From Chrysomallon squamiferum (Eukaryota > Animalia > Mollusca): a stretch of 64,000 nucleotides of DNA. Position numbers and translations under genes: made by a program. The DNA lies in the NCBI GenBank assembly GCA_012295275.1, contig CM022671.1, forward strand, positions 8,370,001 through 8,434,000. The letters run 5' to 3'. The notes under the pieces are model-generated. The model did no database searches, was not told the DNA's origin, and saw only the letters and a program-made list of their open reading frames with translations. Below are positions 13,039 to 27,337 of the stretch, piece by piece (position 1 is the stretch's first letter; every line of letters starts with the position of its first letter).

Positions 13039-14292
13039 GGTGTCATCCCATTTGGTTGAATTCTCAGTTGGTCGAAATACCCGATTACCTGTGTATGTAA
13101 GGAACATGGCCTCTTCAGAGTTTTTCATAGTTCCTCCATGGCCTTTTGTGACTAAAACTCTGGTTATACAAAGATGCATTAAAGACAGATAATGGTTTAT
13201 TTACCAATATATGTTCTGTGAGAATGGCTGGTTTACACAAGGTAGAATTTGTGGATTAAAACTGTGGAAAACAACAAGTTTTGTTAGATGGTTTGTATGT
13301 ACAGTCAAAATCACGTTAACAAAGAAGCACCAAATGACTGTGTCAGCAAGATCACCATAGTTGCTGGTTTTATTAGAAACAACTTTAGACATGACCATCC
13401 TCCGAATAATGAAACTACAGCCACCTTCAATAGCACTATGAGAGATAGAGGACAGTCCAAAACGACATCTATGCAACAGATCTTCAACTCAGAGCTGATG
13501 AAGGAAGATGACCAAGACATCCCTGAAATACCCACTTTCCCTGTCTCATGAGTACTGTGTACCGATAGTGATGAACTGTGATTCCTACTCTCCCAGAGAC
13601 ACTCCAAGACATCAATCTGCCAGGAGACTGTGATCACAGAAAACCTGGGTGAGAAGAGCTGCCTGTCCTGTCCATCACTACTACTAATGAACGAGGTCCA
13701 GAACGCGTTACTAGATGCACTGAGAATGACCCCAGCAGTACTCAGAACTGTTCAAATCAGTGATTACATGGTGACAACATGGATGGACAGTGACACAAGA
13801 TTTCCTCTTCACATGTGGAATCACTTCGTCAAAGCTGGCTGAAGAATGAACAACAATCTGGAATTCGCTATTCAACAGGCTGCATTCTCATCAACATCCA
13901 GATACACACAGATTTGAGAACTTGATCATCAAGGGGATAGAGAAAGGTGAAAGAGCAAAGTTTGTGTAGTTAATTGCTGGAGCTGCACCACCCACTGAGG
14001 AAGATAGTCTCAACAACAGTCATTTGTCTCAAGCTGAAAAATACCTCTGCAGGACCTGTACCCCACTCTACTTTTTGTGAAATAAACATTTTTAGATGGA
14101 GACATTCTTTGCTTATTTACAGACATTCATGGATTATTTTGATATACATGTGCAGTAATAATCAGTTGCCAAATGTGGAACAGTTAATTGTAATGACTGA
14201 GAATACAACATGCATGTCAATAAGACCACTGAACCATATTTATTGTTTCACCAGTTTGACCAATTGGGAATTCGACCAAATGGGAGTAAGCC
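13039..14292 (+). mobile_element. Degenerate Mutator-like (MULE) DNA transposon in RPL29 intron 2
   Basis: 9-bp TSD ATGACTTCA at 13030-13038 and 14293-14301; GG...CC termini. Imperfect TIRs: left TCCCATTTGGTTGAATTCTCAGTTGGTC vs right reverse complement TCCCATTTGGTCGAATTCCCAATTGGTC. Broken transposase pieces: HDHPP (FLYWCH-like tail), EIPTFP..MSTVYR***TVIPTLPETL, and DYMVTTWMDSDTRFPLHMWNHF..RMNNNLE. Confidence 0.85.
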
Positions 14293-14627
14293 ATGACTTC
14301 AGTATCATAAATTTATGGTACTTAATATAACGGTTAATGGTATAACTAAATGTTAAAATGTGTAATGGAATTCTTCAGCAAGAGGCTACAATTTAAAAAA
14401 TTCTTTAAGTCTTGTAAGTCTTGATGACTTTAACAGCTGAAAAAGTCTTTGCAGATGGATTTTTTATAATAATGCAAAATAACTTTCTTTTTAAAAAATA
14501 AATTAAAAAAAAAGAATTTCTATACATCTGTATATAACTCTATGTAGGGCAGCCTAAACTATAAATTAATGTAATATTTATATGTTTTTTTAATGTCAAT
14601 TTTTAATTTATATTTTTTAAATATTAG

Positions 14628-14692
14628 ATAGAAAACATCACAGAAATGGGATTCATAAACCTAAATCATACAGATATCCATCAATGAAGGGT
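14628..14692 (+). CDS. RPL29: RPL29 second coding exon
   Basis: tattAG acceptor; 65 nt encoding (N)RKHHRNGIHKPKSYRYPSMKG; donor GTAAGT at 14693; phase matches both neighbours. Confidence 0.97.
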
Positions 14693-15194
14693 GTAAGTTT
14701 TCATATTTTTATGTTGTCTACATGTATTATAACAGTCTTCAAAATAAGAAATCTGAAAACAACTTCTGAAAAACGTAATGGTTGCTCTTGATTGCTAAAA
14801 TACTAAACTAATGAGTAAAATAGCTACATTTGTGTAACCTTAGCATTGTTTGACCATGTAAGAATGAATGAAGATGCATATGTAGTGAAATTAGTTACTT
14901 TATAATTTGTATGCTTTTATAATTATAGTATAAATATCTTCTCTCTCTTTGTTAACATCTTAGCTGGTATTAAGTAATGTTTTCAAAAGAATTACTGATG
15001 TGCATTTCATGAACAGTAAATGTATTGTCTTTCAGAAAATAGAATTACTTTTTTATTTTTATTATTTTTTTAAAATTAATATTGTAGGGAGAGAATATTT
15101 TATAAATGTTTTCTTGTCACATTTTAAAATATTTCTAATTCTACAACACTAGCTGTAAAACATGTATATATATATATGTTTTTATGTTTTCCAG

Positions 15195-15323
15195 GTTGAT
15201 CCTAAGTTCTTGAAGAATTTGAAATTTTCCAGAAAACACAACAAAAGGAACAAGGTCCAGACAACAGAAAATAAGGCTCAGACCATAGAGACCAAGGTTC
15301 AGACCACAGAGAAAAGCAAATAG
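15195..15323 (+). CDS. RPL29: RPL29 last coding exon
   Basis: ttccAG acceptor; VDPKFLKNLKFSRKHNKRNKVQTTENKAQTIETKVQTTEKSK then TAG. The VDPKFL motif is conserved in eL29; spliced protein is 76 aa. Confidence 0.97.
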   Translation, partial: VDPKFLKNLKFSRKHNKRNKVQTTENKAQTIETKVQTTEKSK

Positions 15324-15411
15324 ACTGGGTAAACATACAAACACACACAGACTTTGTTCTTACCTGTGTACATGATGTAAACATGTATGTATGAGTGGTT
15401 TGGGAGACAAA

Positions 15412-15430
15412 AATAAAAACCATAAATAAA
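15412..15430 (+). terminator. RPL29: RPL29 polyadenylation signals
   Basis: AATAAA at 15412-15417 and 15425-15430, about 90-105 nt after the stop, followed by a GT/T-rich downstream element (ttttgttttgtttttgtt, ~15446-15464). Confidence 0.75.
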
Positions 15431-18400
15431 TACGGGTCTCCAATATTTTTGTTTTGTTTTTGTTCAGGCAATTTTTTTTAAAGACCAATCTATGCTCTGG
15501 ACATAATTTAATTGATGTAAATCTCTGAATAATAATTTAAATGGAAATGAAAAGCTCAGCAGCAAAATGGCTTAAATAATTTTTGCAGAGATTGAATGAT
15601 ATCAGTTAACTTTAGCTGTATGATGACAGTTGGTTGTATCATTAACATTTGGTGTTCCAGGAATACTGAATTTTTACTGATGCTGCAAAAGCATTTACAT
15701 TATATTCAGTTTCTAGCATATCGTTCTAAGTCATAAATGATCTGGAAGCCTTTTTGAAATTATTTCTTCAAATACTTCCTAAAATGAGATTCATGTCTAT
15801 ACACACATTAAACAAAACTCTCCAGTGTGTACAGAATTATCCATTTCAGTTCAAACATTTTGCTGCTTGAATGAATTTAGACCTCAATTACTTAAAGCAT
15901 GTGCATGTAATAATAATAATAAAAAAAAAAAAAAAGTTTTGACCTGCAAAGTATTTTACTTATGAATTAATATTTTTGATATTAAAATGTTACTAAATAA
16001 AACTAACAAACATCAGTTTTCAGCTTTCAGTTGGTTGATCATAGTGGTGCAATATTTTTGTTTCATTCTTTTGAATTTGGAAAAGACCACTTGAAAAGTC
16101 ACAGAAATAATATTGTAACTGAAATTAATTTTGATGGTAGAAACACTGAAATATTACTGTTTTAAAAACTGCATGTTGAATGTACTGTATTCGTTGATAG
16201 AACACTGTGACTCATTTCACTGAAAAATCCATTTATTACTTGTTCACTACAGATTTAGCAAGCTGATAAAATTGTATACAGTAATGTGGACGTACAATAC
16301 AAACCTCCAACAATGGAAACTGACTCAGTCTACAGGCAGCTGGTCCAAACCACAGAATCACTGTGTGAATCATCTAGCAGCCTGTGATCAGATAAAAATA
16401 TTGTTTTTCAATGTACAGGGAGGGAATAATGACAGAGTATAACATGACTTGTAATCATCATATGACTCAGAAACTTGCATCAACTGTTAAATTATATACA
16501 CATGCCAATTAACCATGTGTGTACACATTTTGTGTATGTATACCCAAAGATTATATATTCTATATACACTTAACAGGCACGTACTAATGTACATGTAAAT
16601 ATTTTATTAATGTATATACTGAGGGCAGAAACACTATTCCAATACCATATGTGAACTATTTTGTTTTCTATGCATTTTACAAATGACATGAGAGGACATT
16701 ACCACAGCATTTCCAGTGAAATGGAAAATAACCTTAGTGAAAAACTGTTATCACTAAGTTAGTCCTAATATCATTTGGTATTTCTCTTTGTATGTCATGT
16801 TTTTTTAATTTAAAGAATGTTTAAGATATTCAAGCAATAACAAACACTGTTTTTTTGCTATAATATATTTCATTTTATTATTTGTTTAAATATTAAAATA
16901 TAGTTACAGAACACAAAACAACAATGTGAGTGAGATATATCTCTCTCTGTACAACGTATAATACATCTATTTAGTTAGCACTTTACAAAACTATCACATT
17001 GTGTACAAATCTAAAACTCTGTCATTGGGGTAAATTTGATTAAATGCTTTTTTTTTTTCTCTCTCTCTCACTCAAAAGACTAGATAATAATCTACTATAT
17101 GTATGGAAATGCATATAGACTTTCTATGTATATACTGTTTGTGTAACAATCCAATGGTGAAAAGGTAAAAAAACAAACTATGTCAAAATTAGGAAAACCA
17201 TATTTGAATTTTATACTTTGTTTAATAACCTTATAATAAATAAAGCAAGAATTAATAATCATGATTTTAATGACCAATGTTGGATGGCATGGAAATGTAA
17301 AATTTTATCATATTTTATTTAAAAAAAAAAAAATAATAATCCTAAGTCATCAAAAATTGTTTATATGAAAAATTAATTTAAATGTTTATAAATTAAAAAT
17401 TAATCATAAAATTGAGTAACTGCCATATTTATTTAATTTTTTTAAAACTTCTTACAGACTGAAACACTTAAGATCCCTTATCCTAAACTTTACAACCCAT
17501 TACCAAAACATCCAAAAATTCTTGCTTAGATCCACATATATGTCCAAAACATTCTGTACTTCAAAGTCATGTTTGTTTATATTCACGAAATGCAAGAAGT
17601 GTTTTTTTAGAAAATTTATTTCTAAACCTTTCTTCCAGAAATGTAATTCATCATTTGCTTTCCTGAAAATTATTCTAAACTACATAGGGAAAGGTAGCAA
17701 ATATGATAAATAGTTAAAATTTAATATACACATCAAAAATAATCTTTGAGCAAACAAAATGTCATATATACAGAAGTGAAGAAAAACAGGAAAAGAAAGA
17801 AGAAAATATTTAAATATGAAGAGAAAAGTTTATGAAGCCATTTTTCATAAATCAGAACCTAGTAAATATTTGTACTTGATATAAAAAAATAGAAAAAACC
17901 CCAGTGAATTTGGACAGAATTTAAAATTATAACAATTATTAATCTAAATTAAAAATGTAATTAGATTTTTATTTTTAAAAAGTTGATACCAGTCTAAGAA
18001 GTTTTAAATTTTACACATAATAAAAAATATTTGGAATTTTTTCTTAATAATAAATAATAATAATAATAATAATAATAATGGAGCACTCCTATAATTATCT
18101 TCAGTTTGGGCACACATTCTCAAAAAAAATCACAGAACAGTTATAGTATTGACAATAATAATGAATACAGACTAATATTACAATAGTATTGGCAAATAAT
18201 ATTTCTTTATTTTTCATTATTTAATTCATTGATATCTACAGCAAAGGTTTGAATATATGCACTAATATACACTTTTAAAAGGTTTTATTTATTTTATTTT
18301 TACAAAGAAAAACATGTACTGCACTTAAAATGAAGTTTTGTTATGAACGCTCAGGTAAGAAAACAAAATATTTTAAACATTCAAAGACAAATGAATATTA

Positions 18401-19236
18401 ATTAATTCATATATGAATATATGGAAAATATTTATAATCCTTTAAAGGTATTGCACTAATAAATTAATGTGTGAAAGATTGGGTTCCTTTAATACAAACT
18501 GAGGTTTTTGAACTTTTATGTCACAGAATAGTCTTTGTAATAATAAAATAGTAGATTTAAAAAGAAAGAAAAGAAAATCAAAATGTTTTTACTTTTTAAA
18601 TAAACTATTATTATAATATTTATTTTTAGATTTTTGTTGATTTAATAAACATTATTCATTAACTTAACAAAAAAGCCAAAGGTGATCAGAATACCAGCTG
18701 AAAACAGCAATATTTAAATTAGTATTTTGAAGCAGGAACAATCCATTATGCTAAATATTATATTTCATTATTATTTACACTTTACTATTTTTGTTTCAGT
18801 TTTTTGTGCTTTATATTATTTTTATCTCAGAAAATTCTAACATTATGCTACATAAACTATGGTAAATATTAATGTACATTTTAGTTACAGTAAATATCTT
18901 TAAAATGTAATTTTATATTTTATTATATGCAATATTTACAATTACAGTTACAAAATAAAATGAAAATATATTTTACTCTGTTACAAAAGATCAAAATATA
19001 ATTCAAATATTTAATATTATTTTATGTGCTCTCAGATACAGAACATCCAATACCATTATATGAATGTCTAAGGTTACAATCTCTAAAAAGATAATAAGTG
19101 GATATCTGTGGTTACTATGTGTGGATGTGAAATATATCTGGTATTTGATAGGAAAGAAAACCACCTAAACATTTAACTTAATATTCCTGGTAATAAGCAG
19201 CTGAGTATTTTTTATTATTTAAACATGTGCCTTGTC

Positions 19237-19277
<41 letters not shown>

Positions 19278-19539
19278 ATTATATTGTAAAGGGAAATAAC
19301 TCAAATGAAGATCAATACTATATACAGTACATTGCACCTATTTGTAGAGTTATCTCCCGGTCCTAGTTTGGAAGAATGATTGAAAATATTGCATTTTGTT
19401 TATATATTCTTAAATTTTTAAAAAAAAAATGTTTTCTTTGTTTCTCTAAAAAACTTTTTAAAGAAAAAAAACAGTTTCAAACCATAATTTCTGTAATTCT
19501 TCTAACTAACTGACAACGTACATAGATATAATTTTTTAA

Positions 19540-19575
<36 letters not shown>

Positions 19576-20525
19576 CAATTAAATATTAATACAGATAATA
19601 ATTAATTATCAATTTAGTATACAAAATTAAAAATATTTATCTATGAAAACAGTGAAACAATTGCCATTACAACACTAAATTTACTAAGGCTTCCAAATTA
19701 TGAGTTGTCTGAACAGTTTTAGCACCAAACATAAATCAAAAGTCAAAATTATTGTTCACAATGCATGTGATTCATGCTAACAGTTAGCTATGAATTTTAA
19801 TATTAATGCAGTTCCTTTGAGATAAAGACTTTGTAAAGTTTTTAATTATCTTAAATGGATTTCCATTTGAGTCGAGAAAGAATTTGCAAACCTACAGACA
19901 ACTGGTAGAAAACAGTGATGTAAGTAAATAAATGCAAAATTATTTGACAAGACTGTTAATTTTAAAGACAGTAAAAATTTTTTAAATACAGATGTAAATA
20001 TAGATATGCTGATTGTCTTTTAGAATTTATTTAATATATTTGTTTCATATGCTTTGTGAACAAATATGTTTTGTAGAAATGTAGGTTATATCCCAAAAAA
20101 TGAGAACAAACTATATAAAATAACTGTTTCTTCCATTTTCATCAAGAAATATTTTTTTTTTTTTTTTTTTTTTTTTTATCTATAATTGTATGGGGATTCC
20201 TTTTATTTTATCAATACATTAAAATATTCTTTAAAAATTAAAATTTGTAATATAATTGCTTAGTAATTCTGTACAATAAGATATACAATATTTAAAAAAA
20301 ATACACAATAAAAATGTTTTTAGTGTATAAATTGCCTAAAATGTGCTTAAACCATTAAGGCACTGAAGAATAATTTTATTTTTCAGAATCTACATGTACA
20401 TTATATGTGTATAGTCCTTTACATTTACATGAAGGAGGCACTTCTAAAAATGCATATTCAGCTAAACAACAGTAATGTCACTATTAAAATAATATTCTTC
20501 AAGTATTGCTAATATAAATTTTTGC

Positions 20526-20595
<70 letters not shown>

Positions 20596-21612
20596 TAAAA
20601 AAAAATAATAAAAATAAAAAAAGTAATAATAATAAAAAAAAAGTAATAATAAAAGCACCTAGGATAGTTTTATCAGCAGCCATTTCTGTCTGAAGAAACA
20701 CACAAAGAAATGTTAGTAGGCACAATCTGTACAGTTCACATATTTGTCCTCTGACAGCCATTGTTCTTATTACAAATGTCCACAGAGCATTTGTGAATTC
20801 ACAGCTATGAACAATACACCTGACAAATCCCACAAGCAGAAAACACATCTTTTAAGAATAGTGAAATCCTTGCCAAAACCCATTTTATTTCATTATTCAC
20901 TGGTGGCATAATCTAATTAAAAAAGCTTAAAAACATACTTTATTTTGATATATTACTTAGTGGCATGAACAAATTCATCATGTTACCCAAAGTGAAACAT
21001 AAACTAATTATTTTATCAGAATCACATTTGCTTTATTTTATTTTATTTTTTTTCCAGGAATTGTTAAATCATGATTTTTTTTTATTAGTTTTAGCCATAA
21101 AATTTCAGTATTATCTCTTTCTTCATTTTTCAAGATCTGTCAAGTATGCTTTTTTTTAGTTTTATGAAAATTCCTTAACAACCTTTTTGTACTAAGTAAA
21201 TTAGTTATTATCTTAAGGTTTTTAATCTATTTTTCAATACACTGAGTGTTTTTTTTGAGTTCATTTGCAACTGTCAAATCTAAATACCGTATAGAATACA
21301 TTATACCTTCAATTAATCATTTAATGCCATAGATATTTTAAAACATAAAACCAGTACCCTCAATTAACACTGCATACAATGTTTATCCAGAACATCAGCA
21401 CATTTAATTATATTTTAGGGATAAACAAAAAGTTATCCCAAGGCACAGACAATTAAGTTGTATGATACGAAACAACAATTTAACAGTTATCAAAAAAAAA
21501 AAAAATAATAATAATTAAAGTTATTTTCGTTTGTATAATAATGTAAAATTTTCTGAAATGGGGATATTTGTGGTTAATACAGCAGCAACAACGATGTTTA
21601 AAACAAGCTGTG

Positions 21613-21760
21613 TTACTCTGCGGTTGCTGCTTTGTTGGCGTCGTGGTCGCGGAGGTGACGGTAGATGCTCTGCACATATGTGAACACACACTTCCAGTCT
21701 GGGTTCTTCATCTTCACCATGTCATCTGTGTCCAGAAGTGGAGCAATGTCTGCCTCTTTC
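21613..21760 (-). CDS. SMTN: Smoothelin-like protein, last coding exon (C-terminal part of CH domain)
   Basis: ttttgaAG acceptor; (E)KEADIAPLLDTDDMVKMKNPDWKCVFTYVQSIYRHLRDHDANKAATAE then TAA. PDWKCVFTYVQ is characteristic of smoothelin CH domains. Confidence 0.93.
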
Positions 21761-21769
21761 CTTCAAAAC

Positions 21770-21800
<31 letters not shown>

Positions 21801-22588
21801 AAAATATATATATATATATAATAATAAAATTTTAAAAAGTAACAACAATAATAAAAAAAACCAAATAAATAAATATAATAATTATTAATAATTTTGTTTT
21901 GGAAATCAATCGATAAATAAACAAGTCTATGAATAAATTCATTAAAAATTTAAAATTTAAAACAAAATCAATAAATATATTAATAAATAAATAAATAAAT
22001 AAAAGAATAAATAAATCAGTCAAAATATATATTAAAAAAAAAAAAAAAAAAAAAATTGATAAATAAATTTTAAAAATGAATGGTAATGTGTATTTTTATT
22101 TAAAATTAAAAAATACAATGTTTCTCTTTGTTTATTAATTACTAATCTCTTACAACAGAATTTTTCATCAGAAACTTTGAACTGATTAGATAATTTCTAT
22201 CACTTACAGAAAACAAATAACACATATAAATAAGCTACATGCAGTGTACTGACAGAAATTACATTTTATAAAACACAACGTTAAGTATATTGATTAAAAT
22301 CAGTTAAAAATTCAACTATCAACATAAAAGGGGCTATAAATACTGAACACTGAAACAAAGGTGTTACAGAGACCATCAAAGAGGAGAAAAAAAGAAGAAA
22401 AGAAAACCCAAATAAATAAATAAATACATAAAATACAGAAAGAATAAAAAATAAGTATATTTTTTTTATAATTATTATTATTTTAATATATGGTTTTTCA
22501 GAACTTTAAACAGTAAGGAGGAAGAAAATTAAAAACAAAAATACATTTAAAAGAAGAAAAAAGAAAAAGATAACAAAAAGATCACTTA

Positions 22589-22768
<180 letters not shown>

Positions 22769-22986
22769 TCATTTTGTTCACATTTTATCTGTTAAAAGTG
22801 TATAGTAAATTGATCACAGTGACTGTAATGGTAATGTGATAAGATCTGTTTACAGTATTTAAAAGTGTATGTATTTTAAACAAAAAATATTTTGTTGTTT
22901 TAAATAACAGAAATTAAAATAACAGTAGTAAAAATGTTTTAAAAAAATATTGAAAAATCTTATATTGAATTCGAAATTAATATTTT

Positions 22987-23045
<59 letters not shown>

Positions 23046-24705
23046 TCATAATAATTACACTAATAATAATAATGAAATATCTAAATATTTTTACTAATAA
23101 TTATAATTTTTTTTTAATGTATTTTACTATTAGCCAAGCTTCAGTTATGCTAAACATTTTAAATACACGTATAATAACTAAATAAACATAAAATATTATT
23201 AAAACTACAGAAAAACCATGCTTAAAAGGTCTGAATAAATTTGACTGAAATGAAAAAACTAATTATTACTGGAAATATATATTAGAAGAAGGTTCTTTTC
23301 ACTATTATATTAACTAAACTTTTACTACTGTTACTACTATTAGTTTTTTATTTTATGTATTTCTTTACTTTACTGGGATTGGGAAACAACTCTGTAATGC
23401 ACCACATTATTACAGAATTATTTCCCTTTCAAAAACATTGTTACAATAGTGTATTAACATTGTTTTGATATAATCATATTTATTATTGATTAAAAGTATA
23501 TTATATATTTTTTATAAATGTAACAATTTTCTGCCATTTTAATGCTACAATAAAAAACACACATATATATATATATAACATAAGCAAATATAAATACAAG
23601 TCTGTTTTAAATGAAGCTTGTGAAAGCAAGAGAAGTTAAATGATATAAAAAGCCAATCAGCATAAAATATAGGATTAAATAAATTAATTTAATTATATAA
23701 AAGCAATATAGAAATTGTTGAACTAGAAAAGCAATTTGAAATATAATAAGCATTTAATGATTAGAGTGCAGAGTAATCATTTTATTAAAAAAAAGCATCT
23801 GATAAATGAATTAAACTATATTTTATATAAAACTGAAGAAATTTTAAATTAAACAATCCTAATGAAATTATTCTCCATCTTATAAAAACACCAATCAAGA
23901 ACTGAAATGATAGAAACAAATTATTTTATTTTAATATGTTTATTTAGGTGGGTTTTTTTTTCAGGTTTTAAAAATAAAAGAAAAATTTATTGAGTTAACA
24001 TCATGCTTCTTTTTATGCCATATATTAACTGTAATTTTTTTTAAGGATTATATAAATAATGTTGATAATTTTTATTTATTTATCTTTGTTGACTTCAGTG
24101 GTTTTTAAATACTACACACTAACAATCCTAATGGATAATTTTTACATTTGGTCAAAACAGATGTTTAACAACTTGCTGACTTAATTCAATTCAAGTATGA
24201 AATAAAAATGTATGCCATAAATAAGTATACAAATAAAAACCCTAGAAATATTTGTAAGAAAATAAAAATAAAATATTTGAGACATGAATAACAACAAAAA
24301 AGTAATCAAAGCTCTATTATTTGCACAGAGTACCTATTTTGAAATCAATAATAATAAAAAAAAGTTAATTTGTGAATAATAAAAAGCAAGCCGATGCATT
24401 AATTTACATATTAACAAAATATTTAATGCAGTCCATTTATCCAGCACTCCTCTAAACTTTAACCTAAGGAACATAAAACATAAACCAATGAAAAGCAAAC
24501 TTAACCAAAATGCCCATGCCAAAAAGGAAATGCGAACACTAACAAATAAATTAAAAAATTAAAAAAATTAAAAACAGGAAAAAAAAAGAAAAAAGCCAGT
24601 AAAAGAAAAAGAAAAAAAAATTCACTAAAATAAAAAGTTAAAAACCCAAAAGAGTTCTTGTCAAGGGACTCAACTCCAATCATGCAAGAAGGTCAGGGGC
24701 ACTAC

Positions 24706-24796
24706 CTCGTATTCTGCTGTCTTTGCCTTGCACCAGTCGAGAAGTATTTGCTTAATGGCACTAGGGCTGCGAGCCATGCCCTTACCTCCTCCAATA
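24706..24796 (-). CDS. SMTN: Smoothelin-like mutually exclusive exon C (CH helix A variant)
   Basis: ttaAG acceptor, GAG|GTAGT donor; 91 nt, phase 2 to 0; IGGGKGMARSPSAIKQILLDWCKAKTAEYE. Confidence 0.88.
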
Positions 24797-24970
24797 CTTA
24801 ATAGATGAAAAAAGAAACAGGAGCAATGTTTAATAAGGAATGGTAAAATAAATAAAAATAAAATAGAGGTGGAAAAAAAAAAAATAAAAGAAAACATTGA
24901 TTCAGCCAACATGTGACATCCACCGACCACCATTTTTGTGTTTTTGTGCTTCTGCATTTTTGTTTAATAA

Positions 24971-25007
<37 letters not shown>

Positions 25008-25484
25008 AAAAAAAAAAAAAAAAAATAAAAAAAAAAAAAAATAAATAAAAAAATAATAAATAAATAAATAAAATATTAATATCATTATAAAAAAATAAAA
25101 ATAAATTAAAATATATTTTACAAATGTACAGATTACAGTAAGTCAACTGTGTCATTACTAACTGTACATGCAGTAGTATCAGAGTGCTAACTCAGTTTTA
25201 ATCAATTGTATAAAAACACTGAGCTTGTTAGTGAAGTGATAAATGCATGATTGTCCAGTACCTGAAAAAAATGCTGTGTATAATTTACATTAGTGAGTTG
25301 AATATTCAGACAATTAACCATAATACCAGGTGTTAAAAACATTAACGGTGTGGAATATAATATGAAAAGATGCACCGAACACCACATATCGGGTTTCTTG
25401 TGGACAAAAGGGTAATGTAAAAAATATCTTGGTAAGTACTGCCATGACAGTACATACTGTGGGCGTCATGCTGTTTGTTAATAC

Positions 25485-25569
25485 CTCATATTCTTTGGTC
25501 ATGGCTTTTACCCAGTTTAACAAGGCTTCTTTAACAGAACTAGGGTTTCTTGCAATTCCTCCTCCCATT
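25485..25569 (-). CDS. SMTN: Smoothelin-like mutually exclusive exon B (CH helix A variant)
   Basis: tttaAG acceptor, GAG|GTATT donor; 85 nt, phase 2 to 0; MGGGIARNPSSVKEALLNWVKAMTKEYE. Confidence 0.88.
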
Positions 25570-26954
25570 CTTAAACGTGGGGTGAAAAAAAAAAAAAAAA
25601 AAAACAATGATATATTTGTTTTTAATTATTTTCAAAAAATTATGAAAAAGAGTGTGCTGTTAAAAAAAAAAAAAAATCCAGACATACTGAGATATCAGGA
25701 TTTAAAAAAAAAAAAAATTATATCTGGCCCTTCCATCAAATATAATTATTTGATTATAATGAAAAATGAAATAGCTATTGAAAAAAAAAATTCCAATCAG
25801 ACTATATAGTATCACCCCCACTTTTTTTTTTTAATTTTTTTTTTTATTTATTTATTTTTTTAATTGTTTTTTTTTCCATAAAGTAAAATAATTATTGTTT
25901 TCTGCATTAATTACTTGAGTTATTTATATAATACCCATCATGTGATTTATGAGACTAATTTTCACTGGTTCTGAAAGAAAAACAGTCTAGTTATTTGTGA
26001 TTTATATACAAAATGTGAAAACATTAAACTGAAAATCTCTCTGAATACAAATGTATCAAAGGAATTAACTTTCAGTTACCTGAAAATAAATATGCTAAAT
26101 TTTTAAATCATACAACACAGTGATATAATTTTAAACAATTAGATAATAAAAACATAATAAAAATATAAGGATAATAAATTAGAAAAAAAAAAAAAATTAA
26201 AATCTTTAAAATTTTAAAAAGCAAAAAACAACAGAACAAAACAAACAAAAACAAAAAACTAAAATAAGAAGTTTTATCATGTCTTTCCTAAAATCTTCCA
26301 TTTAACATTTATTAATAATTTATTTAATCTGATACCTTAACAAAACAAAAACTTCTCTCCCTATTTTAATACTGAAATAATAACATTAACATTAGTATAT
26401 AAATATTTTATAATTATTATTTAGTTAATTTTAAATACCAATAATTGTTGTTTTTTTATATATATATTATTTTATTTTATTTTATTTTTTTACTTTATTT
26501 TATTTTTTTATTTTATACTCTGCTCCTTGAATTTCATTTATTATTACTGAAATAACAATATTTACATAAATATTTTATTATTTTGTTAATTTGATATACA
26601 GCAATGTATAGCAAACCTCCACACACAAGTGTATATATGTGTGTGTGTAACTGAAATAACTTTATCAGCACATTATATATAGATATTTTCTTAATTATTT
26701 TGTTAGTTTGATATACTTTTCAACTACAGAATATTTTATATATATAAAACACTGATATATAAAAAGATTAGCACACCTATATAAGTGTTTAACTTATGAT
26801 TTAGTTTGGTATACAGGTATATACATTGTTGTTAAAAGAAAAGACAGTGGTGCACATTTCTATCGACAGATGCTAGTTTTACTACAGCTAGTTGTAACTA
26901 TCTAGCTGAAAAGTGTAACAGCCGCAGTTCTGTGATGTCAGAGATAGCACAGAA

Positions 26955-27196
26955 ATAATAATAATAATAACAATAATATTAATAATAATAATAATAAAAT
27001 AGTAATAATAAAATAATAATAATAAAAATAATAATAATAATAAAATAAAATAAAATAATAATAATAATAATAATAATAAAAATAAAAATAAATAATAATA
27101 ATAATAATAATAAAAATAATAATAATAATAATAAATAATAATAATAATAATAAAAATAATAATAATAATAAATAAAAATAATAAAAAAATAATAAA

Positions 27197-27239
<43 letters not shown>

Positions 27240-27250
27240 ATAACAATAAC

Positions 27251-27294
<44 letters not shown>

Positions 27295-27312
27295 TAATAA
27301 TAAATAAAATAA
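26955..27312. repeat. Long degenerate (TAA)n/(TAAA)n tract just downstream (transcript sense) of exon A
   Basis: Directly visible; source of the spurious I/L/Y-rich ORFs. Confidence 0.95.
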
Positions 27313-27337
27313 TCTCTTGACATGTGGCCAGAAGTAC

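Noticed and set aside
13288-14330. ORFs in RPL29 intron 2 as a nested gene
   Set aside because: Fragmented by stops and frameshifts, and almost wholly inside TIRs and a TSD; a transposase relic.
26888-27337. Long ORFs rich in I/L/Y/F (197, 104, 114 aa)
   Set aside because: Read-through of (TTA)n microsatellite; only 27338-27452 is exon-like.
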